Origin: Nitrosopumilaceae archaeon | Lineage (GTDB): Archaea > Thermoproteota > Nitrososphaeria > Nitrososphaerales > Nitrosopumilaceae | Direction of reading: 5' to 3' | Assembly (NCBI GenBank): GCA_965207375.1 | Contig: CBDBMG010000002.1 | Coordinates: forward strand, 544,001 to 608,000 | DNA length: 64,000 nucleotides | Part shown: positions 14,332 to 28,300 of the stretch, piece after piece | Numbering within the stretch: position 1 is the stretch's first letter | How the letters are laid out: each line of letters starts with the position of its first letter | Made by a program: the position numbers and the translations under genes | Notes under the pieces: model-generated | The model's input: only the letters and a program-made list of their open reading frames with translations | Databases searched by the model: none | What the model was told of the DNA's origin: nothing

Positions 14332-16360
14332 CAGCATACTCAAGTCATTAATGTATACCATCCACAAATAATGTGCTGTACTTTCGTATAACTGCTAGGC
14401 TGAATTCAACAACTTTTACAATTCTTCTAAGATGATAGATGAAGCGTCACTAAAATTTGTATTGTAGCTACATACCTCTTTTATACAAGAAATTTCATAC
14501 TTTAGAGGAACTAGGAAGATTGAAGGCATTTATAAACAACTAAGATTTGCAATTAGGAGAAGGAAATGTTGAATTTTCATTGAGCATAATTGGAGCATGA
14601 TGGGTAGAATTCTTGGAGCATTGCTTCAATGCATAATAGGCAATTTTGAAACCATAATAGGCGCAAGCCTAACACCAATGAACATGTTATAAAGTAGACA
14701 AACTCAAGATCCTGCATGATCAAATATAATTAATGTAGTAAGCATTAAAAGCAGTGAAGCATACAATTCCAGTATGATGGGAAAGATTTAAGTTGCATGT
14801 ACAATGATGAAATAGTACTACATCAAGGTATTATAATAGTTAATGTTAGCCAGGCCAAAAGCCTTTGAAATTGTCCATATCCTAGTAGGCATCCAGTTTC
14901 CACTTGTATATGTACGTATAAACACGTGTGCATTTAGTAGCTACTATTTGCTGATATAACAACATAAGCTACGTAGTATATAAATTAATTCATTTCACTG
15001 GTAACCAGGGGTAGCTGAACCCACACACATGTACAGCTGTGGGGGCACATTCTTACATACACTCTGTAGTGACATACTGCTAGCTATACAGCCCTGCATA
15101 TAGGAATGTGTATGGAGGCATGAGGGAATTAAAACTTTCGAGATTCATCAAAATTCTGTGAAAACCATGAAACTTTTATCGTTTACAGCATACATACGTA
15201 TATAGCTAGCTCCTATTTATTACTACCGTTTGCATCCTATAGCTATTTTGTATGAATTTTGAAAGTCATTTCAGTTACATGCTACATAACCATTTAGTTT
15301 TTGACAGTGTGTCAATTCCAAGCCACATTCATCCACTCATCTAATGATTCTTAATAAATTAGTACGACATATACGTACCTGATGAGGTGTAAACGCGCTA
15401 AAATGTTTAACACATTAATGCCATGCTTTACCACCTACCGTCAATGATAAAAACTTTCATGGTTTATTGGCTTCACTCAGGAAAACTTTCACAGTTTTGC
15501 TAAAATAAGAACAGAAATAGCTTTTGCGTATTGAAATTAGTAGGGAAAACTTTTGCAGTTTATCAAAAATCTGCAAAAGTTTTCTCCCTTGAAAGTTTCA
15601 TCGTTTATGATATTCAAGTACGTATTTTGACAATTTTGGAAGTCAGGCTGACAAGTGTGCATAATTGCCTTAACATTAGCCAACTTCCATTCTAGATATC
15701 TAGCGGAAATTCTTTATCACTACCCAAAGAACAACAACAGTATAATGCTAGAATTACAATTCTTTACATTACTGTATAGCGCAAAAATTTGACGGAAAAA
15801 ACTTTGACGAATGAATCATAAACAAAAGCTTGACAAGTAAAACTTTCATGAATTGATTGTGGGTTTCAAAGGAGAAACATTAAGAGATAAGGTTTGTAGA
15901 GAAAAATCTTGATGAATTGCTAGCCATTCATCAAATTCGTTGCTTATTAAACTATCATTTGATCTTATAATATTCACCTAATTGTTGTTTCGAATGCCTG
16001 TATCCCATTTTGATCATGTGACATCGATTTTATAAAATCTATGTAGAAATTCTAATAGCTACGTATGCTGATATAGCACCTCTGTATATAGCTAAGTCAT
16101 TAAGATTTTTCACTTCCTGCACTGATAACTATACAAACTGTGGAAGAATGCTTAAAACTTGGATAGTTACGTATTATGAATACATCTATAGTTACCACAT
16201 CATGCACATAATTATACTGTATACACACATTTGCCATCTGGCTGTAACAACAATAATATTTTTTTATCAAATAGTATAGCTAATGGTTTTTCAACAGGAA
16301 CTAGTTACCTAGTACTAGCTAAATCTGATGTCTTTACTTGCACAGTATATGTAAATAGTG

Positions 16361-19300
16361 TCATATAGCATCATCACATTGTGGTTGATTAATGACACCA
16401 TAATCACCTTCACCAGCTGATCTAGCATTACCAGCAATAAGAGGTAAATAAGGTAAAGGGGATGTACGTCTTTGATCATTAGTAGGATCAAAATAATTAG
16501 GATCATTGCATTGTGGCTGGTTAATTATACCATATTTGCCTTCACCAGTTAGTTTAGCGTGGTTTTGATTACCAGTAGTGTCAAAATTAGGATCATTATC
16601 ACATTGTGGCTGATTAATGACACCATATTTAACTTCACCTGCATTATTGGCAATGAGAGGTAAACAAAACTCTGCAGTGTGGCTTTGATCAATGGCAGTG
16701 TCAAAATTAGGATCATTACCACATTGCGGCTGATTGATGACACCATATTTACCTTCATTAACAGTGGTGTTAAAATTAGGATCATTATCACATTGTGGCT
16801 GATTAATGACACCATATTTACCTTCACCTGCATTATTGGTAATGAGAGGTAAACAAAACTCTGCACTGTGGCTTTGATCAACAGCAGTGTCAAAATTAGG
16901 ATCATTATCACACTGTGGCTGATTAATGACACCATATTCACTTTCACCAGTTTGCTTGGCAGTAGGAGGTAAATAAGGTGAATGTACAACTGTTTTTGTC
17001 TCATGGCTTTGATCAACAATGGTATGATACTGTAAATTATCTTCTACATACCCCGATGTAGCGGTTGTTATATTGTGATGTAGCTCGCCTGACTCATCAT
17101 GTACATAATCATAGTCATACTTCTGTGATAACTGATGAGCTCTTATATCAGAATCTGTTACAGTGGTATTGAAAGTTACTGCTCCATCTTCTATACTTAC
17201 TGTAACACCATATGATGGATTTATGTCCATTTCTACAGTTTCTTTCAATTCTGAATGCTGAATACACTCATTAAGTTGTATATTGTTATATTTATCTTCA
17301 GTTGTTTTGCTATAGGGCATAGTAGGAACAGATCGAGAGTTAGTTGCGGTATACAAATACTTTGTAGCCTCTTCTTTAGCAACACCATGACTTTTATTAG
17401 TAACATTTGTGTTTAGTTTGGTAGGTATTTCATCATACACATGAAATGCTTCCTTTTTAAGAGACCTTCTCGTATACAGTATCACAATACACAACACTAC
17501 AATGATCATTATTATCAGTACTATAACTCCTCCCACAGCTCCACCAATAATACCACTACTGCTTGAACTGCTACCATTGTTATCTAATAAGACATGAAAA
17601 TTGTTACATAGTAAAAGGCACCAAATTTAACTATACATATGTATCTCTGTGCAGTTAAGTATGTTATAAGTATGATGGATCCTTAAACTTCCCACGGCTT
17701 CTCAGAATAGTCTGGTTTAATTTTGAACTAGACTATCCATGAACAGAAATGGTAATCATCATCTCACATGCCGATCTCCTACTGTTTTGCTGTAGAATGG
17801 TTCCATGGTTCCTGATTAAACAGAAACATAAACGATCATGCTGATAACGCCTCTGTTTTGGCTAGATAATGGTTCCATGAATCAAATAGGGGTGTGTGAT
17901 AATAGAAAATCATATATCACCACAATTAATTTTATCATGGTAGTTCCATTTAAAATAAGGTTGGAAAATGTCATACCTTGATAAGTTGTGTTTATATAAT
18001 CTTGATAAGCAATACTACGTGTATGTATATCTTGCTAACATATCAACATGAACACAATGGATACCTTAATTTGAATAGTCAGGTTAAAAGTACCTCTCAA
18101 GTTAAATCTTGTAACAGGCAACTGGTTACAAGTACAAATTAACACCTTCTATATAAGTAGGTTGGAGAAATGATTAAGCGTTAACCTCCATGTTTGTACA
18201 TATAAGATAGGGCGTATGGATTCAGTGGAATGTAATGGTGGACTGGAACGGTGGACTGGAATGGTGAAATGGTAGTTTAATTGTTAATTTGTTATGACGG
18301 TCTGGTGATAATTCAGCAGTAGCTACCTACATGTCCTGCTGGGTCGATTACTGTTTTGTGTGTACTACTGTAGCTACAAATGAACACACATGACCTAACT
18401 ATATAGCACAAAACTATTCCTCAAATTGTTGCCTCAAATTAATACACAAATATTTTGAGGACTTAGCTTTTGAACATTCAGTACTATAATTTGCTCTTCC
18501 TATCTCCTTGTAATTATAAATTTTAACACTGTTGGTATGTGTAAAATACTCCCGGTAGTCATCACATGGGCTGTTTTTCTTAGCCACACAACTCACTATC
18601 ATGAGTCTTGATCTTATTTGTTTATAAATAGGCTATCATATAATAATCTTTTTAGTTCTTCTACATCATGAAATCTATTGTACAAAAAGTTATTCACAAA
18701 ACAATATTTTTGGTGCCTGACCTAGCTTCTGAGAAGGGCTGTTGTATGACAGTAGAATATGCATATAATGACTCCTTATAAAAGAATTGAGTATGAAAAT
18801 GATGCCCTGTGCTAGAAAATCTTGCCTATTACATATGTCAGTATTATGCTTAATGCTTTTTAAGTGGTAGCTACCTAGCTAATTTATGCCAAAAATTATA
18901 CCACCATAATCAGTGCAAACTTATACTCCAATCCATCACTCCATTCTACTGAATCCAGACATCCCAAAAGACATGACTTCCTGACCACCTCTAAGCCACA
19001 AAAATTAATTAAGAAAATAGCACAGCCACACGAAATCAATTAAGAAATAATATTCTAATGTAGTATCATAATGCACATGCATCATTATCATGATAGTACT
19101 TTCTATTGTAATAATTGATATTATCACACAGCTCTAGCTGCTCTACAAACATGATCAGGAAATAATGGCAATGCTGCAAAGGTGAAGATCAAGAGTGATA
19201 TGAAAGGAACAGAACCACAAACATTGCAACAGTGTACCTAAAGGCTAAAATGAGAGCAAAAGAGAAAAGAATTTGAATGAGAGAGAGATATGCAAAAGAG

Positions 19301-22300
19301 CAACCAGAGAGAACACTGATGAGAGAAAAGCCAATGAGAAGTGCTAATCTCTTAAGGTGGCACTACATCAGTAACCCACGCAAGTAATTAAAACTTACAA
19401 ATTGCTTTATTTACAACATGAAGCTTATCTTAACTCTAATACAACATCAATTCTATTAATACACAAGGACAGTTCCATTCCATAAAGCCCAGATTGATCC
19501 AGCAATTTTAAACATACATAATCGCCTATGCATATCAGCCACAATTTCTGTCAATACAGTGAAGCTTTCTCAATTATTTTTCGTACAAAGCATTAACTAC
19601 GTATATTAAACAAACAGTTTTACGTATCATTAACAATGTATGATGTTGTGATATGCAAGATAGACTACCCTACAGAGACAAACAATCTTGTATATCTTCA
19701 TCTTCAAATAATACGATAAAATTCAGCCATCCGGATACGTAGGATTCTTTATCACCCATTAACCATTCGTCATGCCAAGGCCTTTCAATAAGTAATTTTG
19801 AAGTAAAGGCAGATTTTATGCCAAAGATGGAAAAGAAAACACAAACTCACCGCACCATAGATCCATTGGAGGTGTGTATATCACACGTGACTTTGTTTAC
19901 TACTCTTGATTGTTAGATTACCCAAGATTACTCTTTATCGGTGAAGAAATAGGTGCTATTATATAGTGTACTAAGTGTAACATAGGATCTTATGATGGTT
20001 GGACTGAGTAAGATGGTTGAAGATCGTTGTTGTTGCAAAATGGTACAACTTCCCGAACTGGTTGACCAGAAACATGGCGAAGATTGGCTAATTCCAGCAG
20101 CATAGACCACACGGATAGATGATATTCTACCATACATCTTCATCTGAATAAATTCTCTAAACAACAATATCTTCAGCTGTTGCTGATAGCATCCATACTA
20201 CAAAATTGCATGTGATTTGCAGTTGTCCTTGTATTTGATAATAGTTGTGGCCTTTTAGCTGGTATTTACTGTAGATAACTCATCTCCTAAGATATGCTGA
20301 ATTGTAGCTACATAAAATTATTTTGCTATTTAATGGACCCCTAGGATCTGGTGAATTCTCTTTAGCATGCTCCTTAGAGAATAATCTACATGCATTCAAC
20401 ATGCCAGTTTGTGGCAATATCCAACACTAAAACTCACAATCAAACTTGAGAAATAGCCGAGCATAAACTTTCATGAGTGGTAAGGCCATTCATTAAATTT
20501 GCACCTCATGAAGATAACCCGTTATACAGAGTTGCTTTACTTCACTTTTTAATTAACATTATGATTGTTTTCTGTACTAAAGAACAACTTTCACAGCATA
20601 CAGAACCAAAAATTATTGATTTCTTTGCCAATTAGATTTTTGAATTTTACGTACCTTAACCATGTCTATAGAATATTATTTGATTTCATGTCTATTAAAT
20701 AATTTATGTACTACCATACTTAATTATGACGCTTGTTGAATCAGTTTAAAAGTGTAAAGATAATTCGCAAAGTTGCCAAGTTAGTTATTAAGTTGTGTGG
20801 TCATCTAATGGAGCTGGCTTTATGGTACTAAGCTTTCAGTTTGTGCTCATACAACATGTAGGGCTGGACAAAAGTGAAATTTGAACACTATCATGATAGT
20901 AGGGAAACGTGTTGCAATAGTGATAGTATGTGTAAATAGACACACCTTGTTATACGCAATCAAAGAATTGCCTATAAGTAGCTAAGGTTAAGTTAAACTT
21001 TGATCAGCCCCTTTGATTACAAGTAGATGTTTACACCTAAGTCGGTAGCTACTATAGTCTGAAAATTTAAGTGTTAACCTCACTGTATGAGATATGCTAC
21101 CTGGCCACCTTTAAACAACCAAAATTACCAGTTAGTACGTATTTTCATGATAGTAAGTTGCACTATCACTATCATGATAGTTGACAGCTTTGACAATAAT
21201 ATTGAACTATCATACTATCTCCCAGCTCTACAGTATATAGCTAAAGTCTAAATAATCAGCTCATTACATCACATGACCTACCGACAGTGGAGAGCCTTAC
21301 AACAGTTGCTGGACCTATTCCCTGACTAGTGATGGCAGCAATCGACACCTCAGAAACCTCTAGTCCACTGATTATTATCATGGTGGCATTACTGTCTGTA
21401 TGTGCTATAACTGTATCTCTACTACTCCCTACTAGGGTGTAATTCACTTCATAAGAAATTATGATTCCATTACGACCAGTTCCATCTTCTAATCTCAATG
21501 GAGGATGCTAAGAAAAAGAAATGAAATCATATACACAAACTTATTGAGGTAGCTAGACCATCACACAAATATGATTGTGTACTAGTACAAACTACTCACC
21601 TCCCATGTTACTACAATGGCACTATCATTGCTGTCTACAACCTTAACATTAATCGGTGTAGCTGTAGGAGCTGCCTCCCTAGTCACTACTAGCTCAGAAG
21701 GTTCACTGGGTGAGCTGACATCATTGTTATTAACTGACAATACTCTAAACTGGTACACAGTGAATGGGTAGAGCCTGGTAGCATTAACTTGTGTGGTGGT
21801 AAGTGCTCCAACTGTGGCAATCACTATCCAGTTCTGCCTCCCAAACTGTCGTCGTTCAACCTGAAAATGACTAATCTGTCTTTTATCACCATCATATGAC
21901 CATTCCAGTAACACTGATGACTGCTTTATTTCAACAGCTACTGCATTTCCAGGAGCCACTGGAAATGCTACAAGAATATTAATGTGTAAATGAAAAGCAG
22001 AAATACCTATTTGCCTTTTCTCATAAGTACACAAGTATCTTAGCTATAGCTACATCTGTGAAAACTATCAAATTAATGTTTTCTCATCTAAATGCCAGGT
22101 GCTGTAGCTACACACAAGTTGCCTTCTGCTAGTCTACTGCTATTGTTAAGAACATCCATTTAAGTTATAAGGAAGTCATGTGAGCAAAGACTTATCACTA
22201 AGAACATATAGCAATGCACACAAATTTATATCTTCAGTAGTTACTCCAGTGCTTTAGCAATAAAATGTATAATGTTAGCTATTATCATATTCCTAAAGCA

Positions 22301-25300
22301 ATGTCATATTTTGTCCTAGCTGGGGGATGATAAGAAAACTTATGCAGCCTTAACAACTTTCACTCCAGTGGTAATAATAATAATATATAGCATTATACAT
22401 TTTGTTAACTGTGTGAAAATCATTTGTAAAATTTAACTAATTTCATCTCTCTAAGAAAGGCTATTTTCTATCCCTGAAGCTTCTTCATAAAGAAAAATTA
22501 GGCACATCAAAGAATAGTACCGTTAATGGTGAGTAAAATCGATGAACATAGCAAAATGTTTCTATCACTAATTACTAAGAAAAGCCACTTAAGGTTACGG
22601 TATAGTCGATAAACAATTTTATTGGCGCTAATTTTTGTTATCTTTGAAGGCAGCCTTCTTGTGTATTATGTCAAGTGGTCTCGTCATCACCCTTAAAGTA
22701 CTGTATAAATAGTGTATAGACACCGTTGATAGGCCATCAAACGAACAAAGCAAAGTGACGGCTAATTGGCTTCCCTTCGACACAAAAACCCGCCGCCACT
22801 TGCCATGATAACAGCCAAGGTTATGACAGTTTTAACCATTTAGCCTTAATAAGAGATATATTGTCGAGGGCCTGTGAAAAAGCTTTTAGGCATATAACTA
22901 TAGCGATGGATTTTATAAGCGATAAAAGTTTCAATAAAGTTGTGCAAAGCGCCAACAGGGAGATAATTATTGTTTTAACTACCGATTAAAACAGCTTAGA
23001 GCTAAAAACTCTTCCACAGGCCCTCGAAAACATTTATCTTATTAAGGCTAGCACCTTAAAACTGTCCTTACCTTGGCTGTTGTTACAAGAAATGGCGGCG
23101 AGTTCGAAAGCCATTTTCGTCACTTTTCTCCATTGGAGGCTTAGTTGATGGCCTATTAACAGTCTCTATAGATTCTTTATACAGTACTTTAAAGGCAGTG
23201 ATGAAGGCACTTGAAACAAAACACAAGAAGGCTGCTTTTTAAGGAGTTAAATAATAGCGCCAATAAAATAATTTACTGAATATACCAGTAACCTTAAGTT
23301 GATAATGTATTCAGCCATATAATATAATTATAACCTATTCAATAACTCATCAAGGTTGTACAAGGTTGCTACAACCTGTTGTTTGCAACCTTGTTACAAC
23401 ATAGTGACAAACTTGTTACGACATTGTTACCACATTGTGATAACCTTGTTTTTGAACCTGTAACAACCTTGTCACAACCTTGTGACAAGGTTGTAACAAA
23501 TTAAAGTTAAGTTTAACTCCTTATATGGCATATAATTATGGGTGAGTTATATGCTTATTCAAGGAATGTCGTGAACAATTGTATATCATGTAGTTTTAGT
23601 GATATAACTTACCTATAGAAGTCAACATCATGATGTTTATAGAAGGTTCAATTTATATTACGTATGTAACCTTGCAAACGAGTGCCAGTGTTCATTATGG
23701 TATTAAATTTTTACACTTTATATTATTTCAATAACCTTATCACAAGGTTCTGATCTACATTGTGACCACCCTGTTACAAAGTTGTTATAATCTTGTGCAG
23801 TATAAACAACTTTGTCACAACCTTGTACATTGTACACAACTTTATCATAACCTTGTTACAACTTTGTCACAATCTTGTTTTTTGTATGGGAAATCTGTGC
23901 TCAGCAGACATATGTACTTGCCCTATCATGTAGGTATATACAGTGTAAGCCATGTGCAGCTGTCCTCTTTCATAGCCAGGATGAAGATGAGATACATAAT
24001 TACATATCATAATGTAATTTCAAACTAAACTGATTGTAAATTTAATGTGACTAACAATAATGGCAAAAAAGCCTAGTAAGCATTTGGGTGGATCAACTAG
24101 GGTTTTTACAAACTCCATGAAGCTTGATACCAAAACTAACACATAAGAATCAATGTATACTAAGATCACAGAGTTAGTGACATGACCTAGTTTTGTGGAC
24201 AGACAGATGACTTTTCATAATAGAATCTCAATTCTTACTCTTCTATGCTGCATAATTACAGAATAATCAATAAACATTTTGAAATAGTAAGTCTAAAAAA
24301 GCACTAAGTATGTGCATACCTGAAATAGATAATATACTGACATTAGAAAGTAGTACTCTTGGCTGAACATCTATAAAATTAGTCACTTCAGTATGGACCA
24401 CACATCTGTAACTTCCAGCATCAGTGGGCTGTAGATCACTGATTACAAGGTTCCCACCATTAACAGACACCCTCTGACCAAGTACAGTCTGGTTGTCATG
24501 TATCCATGAATATGTGATGGTTGTTGATAAGTCTGAAGTAACAGAACAAGGTAAGGTGATATTATTGCCTTCCTGTTCTGCTAAATGACGTGATGCTGTA
24601 GCCACAAATACGGTAGGAGCTGTAAACACAACACACAATTTGTTAATGACACTTACAGATTTCATAATAATTAATATAGTAAACCTTATACGTAGCTAGC
24701 TATTAAAACGAAAGATACTAAAGTGCAATTCTCGCTGCACCTGTAAGCAATATTTAGTTGTTAATCACTCACTAGTTATGTAGCTAATGCATGTAGCTAT
24801 GCTAAATTATTACCTCATGCAATATGTATTAGTTATAGCTATCCCAGTACGAGTGGGTAATTTTAGTTATTACCCGAGTCCGAGACGAAGCTGAGGATGA
24901 GGGTTAATAACTCCATGAGTGTACTGGGATATATGTAAGTGGCTTATATCCCCATGAATACATCGGTTTTGAGCTAGTTTTCCAAGTGATTCCTCAGTAT
25001 AAATTCACTCAGAACTAGCTACAATCTACTATCCCTATCGATAGAATACTCACTTTGAAACACTTTGCTGCTACGTATTTATCAAGCTGTAGAATCGTTA
25101 TGTAACCAATAACACTCCCCTGCGTACTGGGGGATAACCAAGTGTTTCCACCCATCGGTATTCGGATATAAGTTATACAAGTATGAGTAAGATGTTATAA
25201 TTATATCACAGTGCGAGTATGATATCCTAGTTATTACACGAGTCCAAGGCGGAGCCGAGGACGAGTGTTAATAACTAAGATATCATACGAGTCTACTGTG

Positions 25301-28300
25301 ATATAACTGGCTTCTATTACAATTCCACCTGTGAGGCTTGTGATCCTTTGTTGCAGTAATTTACAAACACGTGTTTAGTACAACAGACAGGTGCAACTCT
25401 CTTTAAACTTTTTCTCACTATATGATAACTACCTGGACTATATGATAACTACCCAGACTATATGATAACTACCAGGAAGTAGTTATCACACAGTGGTATT
25501 GTAGTTATCATATAGTACTGTCCTTTGATGTATGGCTTTATTGTGATAGAAATCATTGTTATTACACAAGACTGATGATATTACCTAGTACTCCACTGGA
25601 ATAATACATTATCAAGCACTAAATTAATAGCATGTGGTTTACCTTACATAAGATCAATGCAATATAGCTAATTGGATTGTGGCCTAAATTCTAATACCAC
25701 AACTTCCACTCGACCACCACCTTAAAGATTGAATTTTTTTAGTAATTGCTGTTAATTAAACTACATGTATAGGTTTGAACAACACTTTTAATACTTTTAA
25801 TGCTTCTCAGCATAACTACACTTTTAATGTTTCACAGGGAGACAACTGCATATAGTTATCACACAGCTATAACTAGTGTTGTACTGATTGCCATATTTTA
25901 GCCATGTACCGATGTCCGATTATTTTACATTCCAGACAACCGATATTTCAATCTGAAATTGATTATTACAAACATACAATAAATCTTACAAAATTGTATC
26001 AAAATTAGCAAATTTATTGCAATTATTAGGTTCAATTATGAGCAGAATGTATAAGCCGATATTGTAGCCTTAGAATCTACCGATACCAATTGTCACAAAA
26101 TTCCCCAATAATCTGCTGTTTCCAATTGCTGATCTGATAATCGGTACAACACTAGCTATAACTACTATATACAACACACTTTGTTTTTTGATGTATGGCT
26201 TCAGTAGGATAGAAAATAATATTTTCTGGGGATGCAATAATTTGTTATACCTGCATGGGTAATCATCACACACATATGCAGCTTAATTATATGAAATTTT
26301 ATAACCAGATGATTTTTAAACCAGGCGCGCGCCTGGTTTCTTAAAATTGATATCGTGCGGACGTCGGTATGCGTGTGTGTGTCCGCCCCCGGCTATTAAA
26401 AACTATTCACGTGAAATGAAGTCTGAATAACCTATCAAACAAGTCCTACTGCCTTTCAGTTTCTCTGTACGGCACTTGCTATCGATACTGTTGATGGGCG
26501 GGGCCTTAGTTACGAAGCGCGTCGTGTATACTGTATTTGCCGTTCATTACACGATAAAAGCCGTTTAACCAGTTGTACATTACTAACAAGACGGAGCTCT
26601 TCAGTTTTAAAAGTGGGCGTGCCGTGCGGGTTGCGAAGCTTATAAAAGAAGACTGGCCTATAGTATTACCAAGAGTTAATAACAGTGGTTAGGGCACTAT
26701 TATTAACTCTTGGTGTTACAGTAAGAATTTCGGCATAAAACAACTTTTCAAAAAGTTTTAGCACTAAAGTACTGGAGTACAAAGCGGGTTTAAACAAAAG
26801 AATTAAATTCGCATGCGTTGCTATGTGTTCCTTAGTGATAAGTCTCTGCTCACGTGACTTACTGGTGACGTCATTAAGAACTACTATAATAACAGTAGAT
26901 TAACAGTGGTTTAACTTGCACACAGTGCCTGGTTTTTAGATGGTAATACGTCAACTTGTTATTATTATAATAAGATAGTAGGAATTTCTGGAATGGTAAT
27001 ACGTCAACTTGTTCACTAATACAAGCAATACAAAAATAGATAATAGCTGCATATCTTATTATTTTAAAAACTAAGAGTCACAGCCTGTGCGATCTTATAA
27101 CTAGATAGTTAATAATCATTAATAATCATCTATTATATAAAGCTGAAAAGCCATCTGTCTGTCTGTCCGATACACTGATAACTCGGTTATGTCTGCATGG
27201 AGTGATGTGGGACTTGCACGACTTGATAGCTATGTCCTCTGCCACAAGGAAGCTTGTTTCTAAAAGTTTCTACGTGCTATAGTCACTCCACACGAACACT
27301 TAATAGGCTATTTTGCTATCGTTTTTGGTCACGTTAAATTTTAAAATCAGTGTAGATTTGTTTGAACCTTTAAATATTGCCGCTTTGGTGCCAGGGGCAC
27401 CATATCTGTGTTCTGGTTCGGGAAAATTGACCCGATTCCCTTTCGATAGGTCGGTGCACACCGTGAGGACTGCACACTTTTCAAACGGAGTTACCCTATC
27501 TCTTAGGACCGACTAACCCATGTCCAACTGGTGTTCACATGGAACCTTTCCCCACTTCAGTCTTCAAAGCTCTCATTTGAATATTTGCTACTACCACCAA
27601 GATCTGCCAGGCTCTTGCCAGAGGCTGCATCACCACCACTGCGCCCTCCTACTAGTCGGGGACGCCAGCGGGAGCCCTGGGAAGTTTTTTTCTTCTTAAC
27701 ATGCTGTCACCCTGAAATCGGTTTGCTTGGAGATAGGGTCACATGCCTGGTAAAGCACCACACCTCTTGTGGCATCCGGTGCGCTCTTGACAGCCTGTGA
27801 AAATCCAAGGGAGCATACGTAGCTAACACGTGTACATGCATAACATTATTTATATATATAATATACATATGAGAATTTGTAGCATAGCATGAATGTAATA
27901 TCATGCATTTATGTTAATGGAAAATTTGGTTATCACAGTCTTCACTAACAGATGCATGATATTTTCGTTATTTGTAGCCTCAATTCAGAGTTAAACATTT
28001 TTCAAACTTCAATTGAAGGGTTTACAATAACACATGGAACATAACTTACAGACAACAAACACTCTAGCAGTTGTACTATTCCTGCCCACCAGTACTCCAT
28101 TATCGACACTGGAGACAGAGCAATTGTATGTACCACTTTGATCTTGACTGATATCTGTCATACTCAATATTCCTGGTGTTGATGTGTCATATTGGTCTAT
28201 ATTATCCAGTACAATGTTGCCACGATACCATGTGTACTGGGGAGGAGGTGTACTGACTGCTTGGCATTCTAGTAACAATTGATCACCCTCAAAAAGAACA

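Noticed and set aside
15378-15410. Second hammerhead candidate (CTGATGAG)
   Set aside because: No stem II closing onto a GAAA core and no stem I pairing.
16549-17019. 156-aa hydrophobic ORF overlapping the receptor tail
   Set aside because: Alternative frame of the same coding repeat; no independent support.
27377-27812. Functional rRNA gene or rDNA unit
   Set aside because: Only about 440 bp, internally inverted, with deletions and substitutions, and no flanking rDNA.
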